A stretch of DNA of 35,707 bases from Candidatus Bathyarchaeia archaeon (GCA_049512075.1 JBEKXL010000023.1:1-35707), one strand, 5' to 3'. Counted from the stretch's first letter, positions 18,869 to 28,783 are shown. Translations and numbers: made by a program. The notes: a model not told the origin generated them from the sequence alone.

Positions 18869-19342
18869 TCAAGGGAAGCCGTTGTAGATTGAAGGATATT
18901 CTTTTATGAGCACCAGATTGATTCGCAAGACGTTTACGTAGGGGCTGCCAAAGATCCAAAGCGTTCCTTCCTGATTCTGGTTCACTATGTTTGTTAACGA
19001 ATCGGCGGCAATCCCGGTTGCATTGCTTATTCGGGGTATCTGTGAATATGCTTGCTGAAGGGTAATGTCAGGGTCCACGCCCGACGCTGATTGTGACTGG
19101 TCTCTTGTCTGGAAGAAAATGGGCAAGGTAAAGTTTTGAGCTATAAGATTTGATCCGACAGCTTGCCCGTTGAGCTTGACTAGTTCGCCGTTCGCTTGGT
19201 AGGGAAAGAAAACCTGGCCTAAGCCCGTGATTAGTAGTGGGAAAAAAAGTCCGCAAATCAACAGCGAAACCAGTGCTAGTCCTATAATAGGTTTGAGGTT
19301 CTTTAGGTTCCATTTTTCTTTTTGTTCAGTTGTCATAGTCAT
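18869..19342 (-). CDS. kdpC: K+-transporting ATPase subunit C (short form)
   Basis: FPYQANG, GSNLIAQNF, SASGVDPDIT, YVNVLRIN. Confidence 0.93.
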   Translation of the reverse strand: MTMTTEQKEKWNLKNLKPIIGLALVSLLICGLFFPLLITGLGQVFFPYQANGELVKLNGQAVGSNLIAQNFTLPIFFQTRDQSQSASGVDPDITLQQAYSQIPRISNATGIAADSLTNIVNQNQEGTLWIFGSPYVNVLRINLVLIKEYPSIYNGFP

Positions 19343-19348
19343 TCTTTC

Positions 19349-21532
19349 CTAAATGTGAAATACTCCCACAAGGAACAGATCTATCAATTTAATTCCTACG
19401 AATGGTACAATGACGCCGCCTACACCATAAATTAAGGTGTTCTTGAGAAAAAGCGTCATGGTGCTGGTAGGTTTGAAAGCGATTCCCCGCATGGCCAGAG
19501 GAATCAAAAGCGGTATGATAATAGCGTTGAATATTAAAGCTGACAAGACTGCACTTTTCAAGCCAAGGTGGAGAATGTTCAAAGCTTGCAGTTGAGGTAT
19601 GGCAGCGCCGAACAGAACAGGCATGATAGCGAAGTATTTGGCGACATCATTGGCAATGCTGAAAGCAGTAACCGCGCCTCGAGTCATGAGCAACTGTTTG
19701 CCAAGCATGACGACATCGATTATTTTTGCGGGATTTGATTCAAGGTCAACCATGTTCGCCGCTTCCTTTGCAGCCTCAGTGCCTGAATTCATCGCCAGAC
19801 CAACATCAGCAACAGAAAGTGCTGGGGCATCATTAGTTCCATCGCCTATCATTGCGACAATTCTGCTTTCGGCTTGCTCCTTCTTGGCGATGTTGAACTT
19901 GTCCTCTGGCTTGGCCTGCGCTACATATTCTCCGATTCCAACCTCTGATGCAATACTTTTTGCAGTGAGCGGTTGGTCTCCAGTTATCATGACTGGGCGT
20001 ATTCCCATGACCTTAAGAGCCTGAATTTTTTCTTTTATGCCCTCTTTGAGGACGTCTTTCAGTCTGATTATCCCGATAGCTTCGCGATTTCTTGCGATTG
20101 CTATGGGTGTCTCGCCCTCTGCAGATATTCCTTCAACGATGAGGTCATAGTTTTGAGGAACGGAAGCCACAGTTTTTTTGATGGCTTCTGGAGCGCCTTT
20201 CACAATTTCAATTTCAGTTTCGATTCTTGCTGCAACTCCTTGCTCGGATACTATTGAGGATTTTCTTCTGATTCTCAGTCGGCCTCGTCCTGATTTGTCA
20301 CCTTTAGGAAGCGTTAAGCCCATGTGAGTTATTTTCACTCCGCTCGTGCGGGTGCTGGCTGAGAACGGGTAAGTTTCTGAAAGTGCAAGAGAGTTCAGCT
20401 CTTTTGGCACGAAACCTTTCTCATATGCTAGGCCCAGTATGCTGCGTCCTTCAGGGGTATCGTCGTTCCATGAGGATAGAAACGCTGCTTCCCCCACGTC
20501 TTCTTCTGAACTACCCTCAAACGGTACAAACTCTATTGCCTGTCTGTTGCCAACAGTGATGGTACCCGTCTTGTCCAGAAGAACAACATCTGCGTCACCT
20601 GCGGTTTCTATGGCTTTGCCTGACTTGGCAATTATCTTGTGTTTATACAATCGGGACATTCCTGATAGCCCAATTGCAGGCAACAGGGCACCTATGGTTG
20701 TGGGAAGAAGACAAACGTAGAGCGCGATGAGCACGGAGAGGTCAGCGCCCAGACCCAGCGTGACCGATATGCCTAGCAAAGCAACTATAATGATAGTGAA
20801 AATGGCGGTTAACCCAATCAACACTATAGTTATTGCAACTTCGTTGGGCGTCTTTGGTCTCTTAGAAGATTCAACCATCTTTATCATTTGGTCTATGAAG
20901 GTCTCTCCAGGGTTCGTCGTAACCTTCGCCGTTAAAGTATCGCTTACCACTCGCGATCCACCGATGAGCGAGTCCCCAGGCGCCTTCCGAACTGGGGCTG
21001 ATTCACCCGTGAAAAGCGACTCGTCAACCATGGCAATTCCCTCAAGTACATGAGCGTCCAATGGAACGATGTCGCCTTTTTCAATCAGGATACGGTCGTC
21101 TTTTCTGAGTTCCGTTGATTTTACTGCTACTATCTTCCTTGCCCATTCTTCCGTTACGATTTTTTTGCTGGACACCTCGGTTTCCAATTTCCGTAAGGCG
21201 CCAGCTGTGCTTTTTGCCTGTTGCTCGGCAAGAGCGTCGGAGAGTGTGCTGAACCAGACTGTAATGAGGAGAATTGCGGCAACTTCAACGTAGAAGATTC
21301 GTAGGTTGGAACTGGCTGCGGGCCCGAAAGTCTGTGGAACTATAGCCATTGCTACAACAATGAAGAACGTGATTTCAACGATAAGCATCACTGGATTTTT
21401 GAGCAGTGATTTGGGGCTTAAACGAACCACTGAATCGACTAGCACTTTTCTAGAGAAAGCTGACCTCAATCCTCTAGGGGCTGATTCGTTGCTTTTTGTT
21501 GGTGCCAAAGTTTGCTTGTCATCAGAAGCCAT
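19349..21532 (-). CDS. kdpB: K+-transporting P-type ATPase subunit B
   Basis: NPVM, TGESAPV, LPTTIG, DKTGTIT, MITGD, GDGTNDAPAL, DVAKYFAI. Confidence 0.97.
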   Translation of the reverse strand: MASDDKQTLAPTKSNESAPRGLRSAFSRKVLVDSVVRLSPKSLLKNPVMLIVEITFFIVVAMAIVPQTFGPAASSNLRIFYVEVAAILLITVWFSTLSDALAEQQAKSTAGALRKLETEVSSKKIVTEEWARKIVAVKSTELRKDDRILIEKGDIVPLDAHVLEGIAMVDESLFTGESAPVRKAPGDSLIGGSRVVSDTLTAKVTTNPGETFIDQMIKMVESSKRPKTPNEVAITIVLIGLTAIFTIIIVALLGISVTLGLGADLSVLIALYVCLLPTTIGALLPAIGLSGMSRLYKHKIIAKSGKAIETAGDADVVLLDKTGTITVGNRQAIEFVPFEGSSEEDVGEAAFLSSWNDDTPEGRSILGLAYEKGFVPKELNSLALSETYPFSASTRTSGVKITHMGLTLPKGDKSGRGRLRIRRKSSIVSEQGVAARIETEIEIVKGAPEAIKKTVASVPQNYDLIVEGISAEGETPIAIARNREAIGIIRLKDVLKEGIKEKIQALKVMGIRPVMITGDQPLTAKSIASEVGIGEYVAQAKPEDKFNIAKKEQAESRIVAMIGDGTNDAPALSVADVGLAMNSGTEAAKEAANMVDLESNPAKIIDVVMLGKQLLMTRGAVTAFSIANDVAKYFAIMPVLFGAAIPQLQALNILHLGLKSAVLSALIFNAIIIPLLIPLAMRGIAFKPTSTMTLFLKNTLIYGVGGVIVPFVGIKLIDLFLVGVFHI

Positions 21533-23177
21533 TCTGTAACCCCCTGAAGAATGATGAAATTGGTCCGAGCGCCAAGAAGGGGAAGAACGTCAATACTACG
21601 AGTATGATTATGCTGCCGACTAGAACTATTGTGAATATTGCGCTGTCGGTTTTGAGACCTGTCGTGCCGCCTCGTTTTCGTCCGATCATCGAGCCTGACA
21701 GTGCAAGCAAGATTGCAATTGGAGCGTATCGTCCTATGAACATGACGATACCGGTGGCTATGTTAAAGAACGGGGTGTTTGCTGAGGCGCCTAGGAAATC
21801 GGAACCGTTGTTCGCCGCCGCTGATGTGAATTCGTACAGGATTTGCGTGTAACCCACGGAGTTTCCACCGAGCCCAATGGCTGCCGCTGCGCCCGAAGCA
21901 TACGCCATTACTGTGGGTATTAGGATTATAATGGGGTGGATTAGGAAAGCCACCATGACAAGCTTCACGTCACGGCCAGTGATCTTGATTCCTAAGTACT
22001 CTGGGGTTCTTCCAGACATTAGCCCGACGATGAAGACGGTGATTATGATGTACATCACCATGTACATCAATCCGACTCCTTTTCCGCCTGGAATCGACTG
22101 GATGAACATTCCCATTAAGCCAGAAGTTATGACCAGAGGATGCATGCCTGAGAGCGCAGAGTTAACGGACCCGGTCGTGGCAGCGGTTGTCGCGACCGTA
22201 TAGAAGTTCGACATGAAGCCTCCGAACCTCGTTTCTATGCCTGCAGCGACCAGTGGGATATTGGGAATAAACGCTATGACTAAATTTATCCCGAAGAGAA
22301 TGTACGCACCCCACAATAGGGGTCGAGCCTCCTTCTTTTTACCCAGTAATTCTCCGAATACGAAGATGATTGCTGTGGGAAGAAAAAGCATCAAGGCTAT
22401 CATAAATATGTTTGAATAAGGTGACGGGTTCATAAATGGGTAAGCGGCGTTGGCGCCGTAGAATCCTCCGCCGTTCGTGCCCAACTGCATTATTGAGTCA
22501 AGAGAAGCAACTGGCCCGACGAGGATTGATTGTGTTGTACCTTGCAACGTTGTTACTGCGGTGGAAGCGTTAAGAGTCTGTGGGACACCCATAACCACGA
22601 AGACCACCGAGGCTATGAGGCACAGTGGCAACAGTATTCTGGTTATGGTTCTGACGAAGTCCACGTGGAAGTTTCCCACGTTTTTGGAGCCGACAATGAA
22701 TCCCCGTATGAATGCTATACCCATGCACATTCCGGTTGCTGCTGAGATCCATTGTAGGAATTGGATGGCGGTCATCTGGCTAAATATGGATAGTGTTGCC
22801 TGTCCGTTGTAGTGTTGAAGGTTAGTGTTTGTTGCAAACGAGATTACGGTGGTGAAAGCTAGGTCCCAACTTAGACCTGGGAAGCCTAGAGGGTTAAGCG
22901 GCAATTTATCTTGAAAGACCAGTATTAGAAAAGCGATAACCATCTGGGCAACGTTAAGCAGTAAGCCAGCAAGAAAGTACTGTTTCCAACCCATCAGATG
23001 CTCTGGATCTATGCTGCATATTTTGTAAATAAAATTCTCAATAGGATTTAGGACTTTGTCTAGACGGCTTGGTGCCCGTTTATAAACACGGACAAGGTAG
23101 GGTGCTATGAGTTTCGCTATAAGTATGGTTGTTCCAAGTATGAGGACGACTGATATGGCTTGAATTGCATCGATCAT
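21522..23177 (-). CDS. kdpA: K+-transporting ATPase subunit A
   Basis: SFATNTNLQHY, LGTNGGGF, TTGSVN, GRTPEYLG, SAAANNGS. Confidence 0.97.
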   Translation of the reverse strand: MIDAIQAISVVLILGTTILIAKLIAPYLVRVYKRAPSRLDKVLNPIENFIYKICSIDPEHLMGWKQYFLAGLLLNVAQMVIAFLILVFQDKLPLNPLGFPGLSWDLAFTTVISFATNTNLQHYNGQATLSIFSQMTAIQFLQWISAATGMCMGIAFIRGFIVGSKNVGNFHVDFVRTITRILLPLCLIASVVFVVMGVPQTLNASTAVTTLQGTTQSILVGPVASLDSIMQLGTNGGGFYGANAAYPFMNPSPYSNIFMIALMLFLPTAIIFVFGELLGKKKEARPLLWGAYILFGINLVIAFIPNIPLVAAGIETRFGGFMSNFYTVATTAATTGSVNSALSGMHPLVITSGLMGMFIQSIPGGKGVGLMYMVMYIIITVFIVGLMSGRTPEYLGIKITGRDVKLVMVAFLIHPIIILIPTVMAYASGAAAAIGLGGNSVGYTQILYEFTSAAANNGSDFLGASANTPFFNIATGIVMFIGRYAPIAILLALSGSMIGRKRGGTTGLKTDSAIFTIVLVGSIIILVVLTFFPFLALGPISSFFRGLQNGF

Positions 23178-23349
23178 CTATTCCGCGACTCCAAAAGACA
23201 GCAAGCTGACTCACTATGGCTCCTTTCCGCTCCTTCCTATTTTAACGGTGAAACTCACGTTTTTCTGTTGGCATTTGGGTCCCTTGTGAAACTCCAAGAT
23301 TATAGCGGTTATTGTGCTCTTATGCCTTTAAACTTTATTATTTTCTTCT

Positions 23350-23710
23350 GTAGGACATCTGGAAGTCTTCGAGGCAAGATGCCGAAATCAGGGTGCGGAA
23401 CTCTACCCGTTATTCCGTGTCCAAGAAGTCAAAGTAAAGGCGTCAGGGGCATTCTGAGAGTCGATCGGAAGTTTAGGAGTCCTGGTCCTCAAGAACTCAA
23501 AACAGCTTACAAGAAACGGGAGGTAATAGAGCGAGTTTTCAGTAGACTCAAAAACTTGTCAAGTCTTACGCAGCATAATCTCAGAGGATTAGCCAAGGTA
23601 ACGTTTCATTTTCAGCTCTGCGTCATTGCGATGCTTCTGACAGCTCAAGCAGCTGTCAACACGCACAAATTAAGCAAATCCAGAAGCGTCAGATATTTCG
23701 CGAACCAATT
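23350..23710 (+). pseudogene. C-terminal remnant of a DDE transposase (IS4/IS5/IS1182-like)
   Basis: PVIP...AYKKREVIERVFSRLK (Y-2-R-3-E-6-K signature)...RGLAKV. Confidence 0.8.
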
Positions 23711-23733
23711 TCGGAACAGCATGCGCGGCGCGC

Positions 23734-24171
23734 TCATCGATTGGCGTCGGTTAAGGGATATCGGGTCATGGCATCGATTATTTCTTCACTGAAGGTTTTT
23801 TTGCTAAGGTGCCTGGCAAAATCGGAAGTGGCTATTATACCGACCAACACGTCTTTCTTCTTAACAGGAAGCCGCCTTATTTTGTACTTGACCATTTTCC
23901 TCGCAGCATCTCTGATTGAGGCTTCCTCCTCGATTGTTATAAGCGGATCAGACATTACCTCAGAGACTTTAGTATCAAGCGGTTTTTTCTGTGCCATTAC
24001 CCTTCTAACTAAGTCTCTTTCAGTAACTATTCCCTTTGCGACATTGCCCTCCATTACTACGAGATCACCTACATCTTGTTGGTGCATTAGCTTTGCAGCC
24101 TCAAGCACGGTCCTATGAACATCAATTGTGATGACATTCGTGGTCATAAAATCTCTTACAGTTGGCATCAT
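23734..24171 (-). CDS. Tandem CBS-domain protein
   Basis: VRDFMT, GIVTERDL, VSEVMS, IRRLPV, LVGII; start moved to ATG 24171. Confidence 0.92.
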   Translation of the reverse strand: MMPTVRDFMTTNVITIDVHRTVLEAAKLMHQQDVGDLVVMEGNVAKGIVTERDLVRRVMAQKKPLDTKVSEVMSDPLITIEEEASIRDAARKMVKYKIRRLPVKKKDVLVGIIATSDFARHLSKKTFSEEIIDAMTRYPLTDANR

Positions 24172-24244
24172 TTTACAAGGACTATAGACTATAGTATAAA
24201 AGTTTTGGGACATCCCAATTCTGGATCGCGCGCGCGATTATAGA

Positions 24245-24580
24245 CAGCAGAGCACTTGTGGTTATGCGTTCGAGGCCTCTGGCCCTGTGCCTTCCGAGGC
24301 AGAGCTGCTCATTCAAACGAGAATTCATCCGTTCAATAGCTCCTCTCCACGTCCTTCGCTCTTTTGCAAAGCCCTGAAGACTACAGGGCAGCTGATGAAG
24401 GCGCTTATCGCTGATTTGCAGTTTTCAAGCAGGAAACTCAGAGAACAGCTTTCGGCTCGCGGAGTAAGAGCGGTGATTCCTTACCCAGCAAACCAGAGCA
24501 AGCGAGAGGCGAAGCTGCTGCGGGTGGACAAGTACCTCAGGACTCATGATCCCGTTGTCGAGAAGCAAATCTACACACAG
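24245..24580 (+). pseudogene. Central remnant of a DDE transposase of the same family as 23350-23710
   Basis: LIADLQFSSRKLR (second Asp), AVIPYPANQSK...LRVDK aligns with PVIPCPRSQSK...LRVDR; boundaries approximate. Confidence 0.75.
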
Positions 24581-24664
24581 GACTTGAATGGTCTCGATCA
24601 AATTTTGCAAAACCTCTTTCGGCTATGGCCTGCCCCTCCACGAAATACTTTAGCCCAGTCCTAC

Positions 24665-24934
24665 CTACTGGCGTGAGCGGGCGCGAGGTCCTTTGTGTGT
24701 CTTAAGAATGATGGAGCTTACGGTGCTCTTAACACCCTTGATCTTCATCACCTTGTTCTTGAGAATGTCCCTGAACTCCTCAATGTCGGACGCTGAAAAC
24801 AGCGTCACAATGTCAAACTCGCCCGTTACTTCGAAAAGTTCTTCGAGATTTTCAAGCTTGGAAAGAGCTGCCACTACGTTGTCCATTTCTAGTGACTCTA
24901 CAAAGATGTCTATGAAGGCGAGAAGTCTCGGCAA
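24665..24934 (-). CDS. Lrp/AsnC ligand-binding (RAM) domain-only protein, copy 2
   Basis: ELFEVTGEFDIV...IKGVKSTVSSIILKTHK. Confidence 0.88.
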   Translation of the reverse strand: MPRLLAFIDIFVESLEMDNVVAALSKLENLEELFEVTGEFDIVTLFSASDIEEFRDILKNKVMKIKGVKSTVSSIILKTHKGPRARSRQ

Positions 24935-25133
24935 ACTTAATCATCTTCCAACCGAACGAGCGACCGGTTGATTTATACCTTTTGGTACTCGGCGCGCGCT
25001 AGGAGGCTCTAGCTAGAATCCACTACCCGCTATCACTTCACTCAAAGGGGGACTCATGACTGTTCAAATCGCTCCAGGGTGCAATTGGTAGGGGAGTTGT
25101 GGCGATTAGGTGAAAAAAGGCGTGTTTTGGGTT

Positions 25134-25296
25134 GGTTTGGGTTTCGAAGTGCCAATAACAATTAAAGTATGGTTTAATTGGTGTTTTGTCCATGCTTTCT
25201 CGCGCGCGCTTTCTAGGTTAGTTTGGGTTCGAATAACGATTACTGTTTAAAATCAAGTTTTAATTAGTATTATGTCCATAGTACTAAGCGCGCGCG
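25134..25296. repeat. Two degenerate tandem units of about 80-87 bp, each ending in a (CG)n tract
   Basis: Shared blocks GTTTGGGT(T)TCGAA, AATAACRATTA, TTAATTRGTRTTWTGTCCAT, then CGCGCGCG. Confidence 0.65.
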
Positions 25297-25456
25297 GACT
25301 CTGGGGCTACAACTTCCGCATTTTCAGCGAAAGTGTTATCCAATTCCCGCTTTTCCTTCGGCAATTTCAATGCCTTCTGCCATGTAGGTATGTTGAAAGA
25401 GGCGTATAGGCATTTTGAATTTGATGTTGAACAATAATACGCGCGCGGCCCTACTG

Positions 25457-26542
25457 TTATCCAATTACAGATTCTACGTTTAGATTGAGTACCACTTCTG
25501 AAATGTCGCTCGCGTATTCTGCTGTTCTTCTTACGCTTTCAATGAGTAACCTCAAGTTAGAGATTTGGTCGATTTGGACACTGTGGGAAGACAGAACCGC
25601 TTCCTTTTCCAGCTCGCGAACTTGGGCTAACTTTTCAATTACACTCTCAGCCAAATTGTAATCATGCCTAAACACAGCTTCCACGGCGCTTTCAAACATA
25701 GAAATAGCCAAGCTGCTCAATTTTTCTGTTTTTTCAAGAAGTTCCGGATTTATTGGATCTTTCAAGGCCAATATGTTTTCAGCTATTTTCGTGGCGTGGT
25801 CTGCTGTCCTCTCTACAGATTTCTCTATGAGCCTATACCCCAAACATTCTCTCGGATTGTTTAAGCCAATTTCCCTAACAATTCGAGCGTTGGAAACCGC
25901 CAACTTCAACAATCTCACGATGTACAAGCTAAATCGATTGACTTCCCGATCAGTCTCGACAACTGCCTTAGCGGCAGAATAATCCAAACTCGCAAGACAA
26001 CCAGCAGCTTCCCTGTGCATAGACGCAGCTATTATCGACATCCTGCGCAGGGCACTTTGAACACCAAGTTCTGAGTAGTTGAGCAATATCTGAAGCGTCA
26101 AATCTGTCGGGGAATCAATAACGATTTCCGCCCCCACCAAGTAGTTTCTAGCGAAATTCTTCATGTAATTCCTCAACCCTACCGCCAACGGCTGCTGACC
26201 TTGGGCTCTTACATGAAGAATGTTGTAGCCAACCAAGTAGGCTGAAATCGCCTTTCTCATAACTGCGTCTGGATTGTCATTTGACGAAACTCGAATAAAC
26301 GCTTCATCTTTTCTTTCCTTCTTTTCAAGTCTTGAAGATGTTATCGATAATGATCCATCCTCTTCTTCACTAAGAACCATCAGGCTTCCTTTCTTGAGTT
26401 GATTCCGAGTAACCCATTTCTTCGGCAGAGAAAGAATATAGGTAGACCCACCAGTCACCTGAAGCTTTCTCTGCTCTTCATTCTTCTTTTCTGCTACTTT
26501 GGCCAAATCAAACCGCCTTCCATTGTCCTCTATTGAATCCAA
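25457..26542 (-). CDS. Archaeal phosphate regulator, AbrB/MazE DNA-binding domain + tandem PhoU
   Basis: RKLQVTGGSTYILSLPKKWV; ERTADHA and RRTAEYASDISE. Confidence 0.92.
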   Translation of the reverse strand: MDSIEDNGRRFDLAKVAEKKNEEQRKLQVTGGSTYILSLPKKWVTRNQLKKGSLMVLSEEEDGSLSITSSRLEKKERKDEAFIRVSSNDNPDAVMRKAISAYLVGYNILHVRAQGQQPLAVGLRNYMKNFARNYLVGAEIVIDSPTDLTLQILLNYSELGVQSALRRMSIIAASMHREAAGCLASLDYSAAKAVVETDREVNRFSLYIVRLLKLAVSNARIVREIGLNNPRECLGYRLIEKSVERTADHATKIAENILALKDPINPELLEKTEKLSSLAISMFESAVEAVFRHDYNLAESVIEKLAQVRELEKEAVLSSHSVQIDQISNLRLLIESVRRTAEYASDISEVVLNLNVESVIG

Positions 26543-26643
26543 CTACTCTATTGAATACATACCACTTCTATATAGACTATAAAGGTTATGTCGGATTACT
26601 ATATAACAGACTCGCACTATGGTACAAATGCGAGGAATAAGAA

Positions 26644-27762
26644 ATGAAAACTATATACATAATCACGATCGCTATAGCCGCAATCGTCATAATTGCAGGA
26701 GGAGCAATAGCCTACATCTTCATAGCTCAGTCCAACTCACCAAACTCTCAGGCAACGGTCAAATTGAATGGCGCTGGAGCAACATTTCCATACCCACTGC
26801 TCAACGCCATGATCGCAAACTACACTACGCAAGTGGAAACTAACGTTCAAATCAACTACCAATCAATCGGCAGTGGAGGAGGAATCTCAGCGCTGAAAAG
26901 CAAAACAGTCGACTTCGCAGCCTCAGACGCACCGTTAACCGCCTCCGACATGGCCAGTGCACCAAACACCCTTCATATACCAGAAACAATCGGCGCAGTC
27001 ACGATAGCCTACAACCTCCCAGGCATACCCTCAGGTCTTCACTTGACCGGCAAAATCATCGCGGACATCTTCCAAGGCACAATCACAACATGGAACGACT
27101 CAGCAATACAAAGCCTGAACACAAACAGAACCCTCCCCGAAAAGACCATAACTACAATCCACAGATCAGACGGTTCAGGAACAACCTTCATCTTCACTGG
27201 CTACCTCAGCCTTTCAAGCCAGCAATGGAATAGCGCAGTCGGACAAGGCAAATCAGTAGCTTGGCCAGGAGGAATAGGCTCAAACGGCAACACGGGAGTC
27301 GCATCAACAGTCAACGGAACGCAATATGCCATCGGATACGTCGAGCTGGCTTATGCATTGCAAAATGGCATGACTGTCGCAGCAATACAAAACCCGACAG
27401 GCAACTGGATAGAGCCAAGCCTGGCTTCGACGCAATCAGCAGTTCAATCTGGAGCCGCAAGTGGTCTACCAGCAGGCGACGCAAGCTGGGTGAATGTGAG
27501 TCTTCTGAACACTTTAGATGCGAATGCCTACCCAATAGTGAGCTTCACCTACTTGCTTGCATACAAGGAACTCAACGTGATTCCACAAATGACTCGAGAA
27601 AGAGCGACAACGCTAGTCCAATTCCTTTGGTACGTAGTGCACGACGGACAACAACTCGCGCCCAGTCTCGCATACGCACAGCTGCCATCAAACGTAGTCC
27701 AAATAGACGAAGCAACCATCCGGTCAATAACCTTCAACGGACAAAACCTACCAACAAGCTAA
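26644..27762 (+). CDS. pstS: Phosphate ABC transporter substrate-binding protein
   Basis: GAGATFPYP, YQSIGSGGG, DFAASDAPL, HRSDGSGTT, AIGYVE. Confidence 0.97.
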   Translation: MKTIYIITIAIAAIVIIAGGAIAYIFIAQSNSPNSQATVKLNGAGATFPYPLLNAMIANYTTQVETNVQINYQSIGSGGGISALKSKTVDFAASDAPLTASDMASAPNTLHIPETIGAVTIAYNLPGIPSGLHLTGKIIADIFQGTITTWNDSAIQSLNTNRTLPEKTITTIHRSDGSGTTFIFTGYLSLSSQQWNSAVGQGKSVAWPGGIGSNGNTGVASTVNGTQYAIGYVELAYALQNGMTVAAIQNPTGNWIEPSLASTQSAVQSGAASGLPAGDASWVNVSLLNTLDANAYPIVSFTYLLAYKELNVIPQMTRERATTLVQFLWYVVHDGQQLAPSLAYAQLPSNVVQIDEATIRSITFNGQNLPTS

Positions 27763-27841
27763 AGGTGGCGTGAAACTGTGATCCACCATTTCCAAAAACC
27801 CCTTTTTGTTAGTAATCTCGGCAACAAGAGCAGGTCTACAT

Positions 27842-28783
27842 GTGAAAAAGCTTACCGGAGATAATCTTTTCAGAATATTAGCCGCCTCCATTGCGGCTTC
27901 AGCAGTCTTCATCCTCATAGTCACCGCATACACCCTCACAACTGGATCTAGCCTCGTTTTGCAGCGGTTTGGGACCAATTTTCTATTCGGATCAAATTGG
28001 AACCCAGTTGAGGGAAGAGAAGCGTTCGGGGCTCTTCCGTATGTTCTCGGGACGCTTGTCACTTCAGGCATCGCGCTTCTCATAGGTGTGCCTTTGAGCT
28101 TGGGCATAGCGATTTTTCTTGTGGAAATGGCTCCAAAATTCCTGAGAGTACCCATCGGATACCTTGTTGAGCTACTGGCGGCCGTTCCAAGCGTGATTTA
28201 TGGGCTTTGGGGTCTCTTCGTCTTCCGCTATTGGATCCTAGACTACGTTGAGATACCGCTATCCAATTATTTAGGGTGGATTCCGATTTTCAGCGGAACC
28301 CCCTTCGGTCTAGACATTTTCACAGCTGGGATAATTCTGGCAATCATGATAATACCTACAGTGGCGTCAATCTCCAAAGAAGTCATCGGCGCAGTTCCAA
28401 ACTCAATCAGAGAAGGCGCCTACAGCATCGGAGCCACAAAATGGGAAGTAATTAGGCACTGGGTTCTAAGCTATGGACGTTCTGGAATTTTCGGAGCAGT
28501 CATTCTAGGCCTTGGCAGAGCAGTAGGCGAAACAATGGCTGTCTCAATGCTCATAGGTAACGCAACAGGACCCGCTGCAATACCGACTTCTCTTTTTAGA
28601 CCTAGCCAAACAATGGCATCTCTTATAGCCAATGGCTTCTTGGAAGCGACGGGACCATTGGAGAAGTCAGCATATTTTGGCGTGGGATTGATTTTGCTCT
28701 TGGTGAGCCTGCTCATAAACGCAGCCGCTCAGGTGATGGTAACTCGTGTTCTGAAAGTCAAGGGAGGCGCGGTCGAGCAATGA
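27842..28783 (+). CDS. pstC: Phosphate ABC transporter permease
   Basis: ELLAAVPSVIYGLWG, GLGRAVGETMAV; start GTG 27842 or TTG 27806. Confidence 0.95.
   Translation: MKKLTGDNLFRILAASIAASAVFILIVTAYTLTTGSSLVLQRFGTNFLFGSNWNPVEGREAFGALPYVLGTLVTSGIALLIGVPLSLGIAIFLVEMAPKFLRVPIGYLVELLAAVPSVIYGLWGLFVFRYWILDYVEIPLSNYLGWIPIFSGTPFGLDIFTAGIILAIMIIPTVASISKEVIGAVPNSIREGAYSIGATKWEVIRHWVLSYGRSGIFGAVILGLGRAVGETMAVSMLIGNATGPAAIPTSLFRPSQTMASLIANGFLEATGPLEKSAYFGVGLILLLVSLLINAAAQVMVTRVLKVKGGAVEQ

Noticed and set aside
23160-23792. 210-aa ORF as an intact gene
   Set aside because: A chimera of antisense kdp leader, transposase relic and read-through into the CBS gene.
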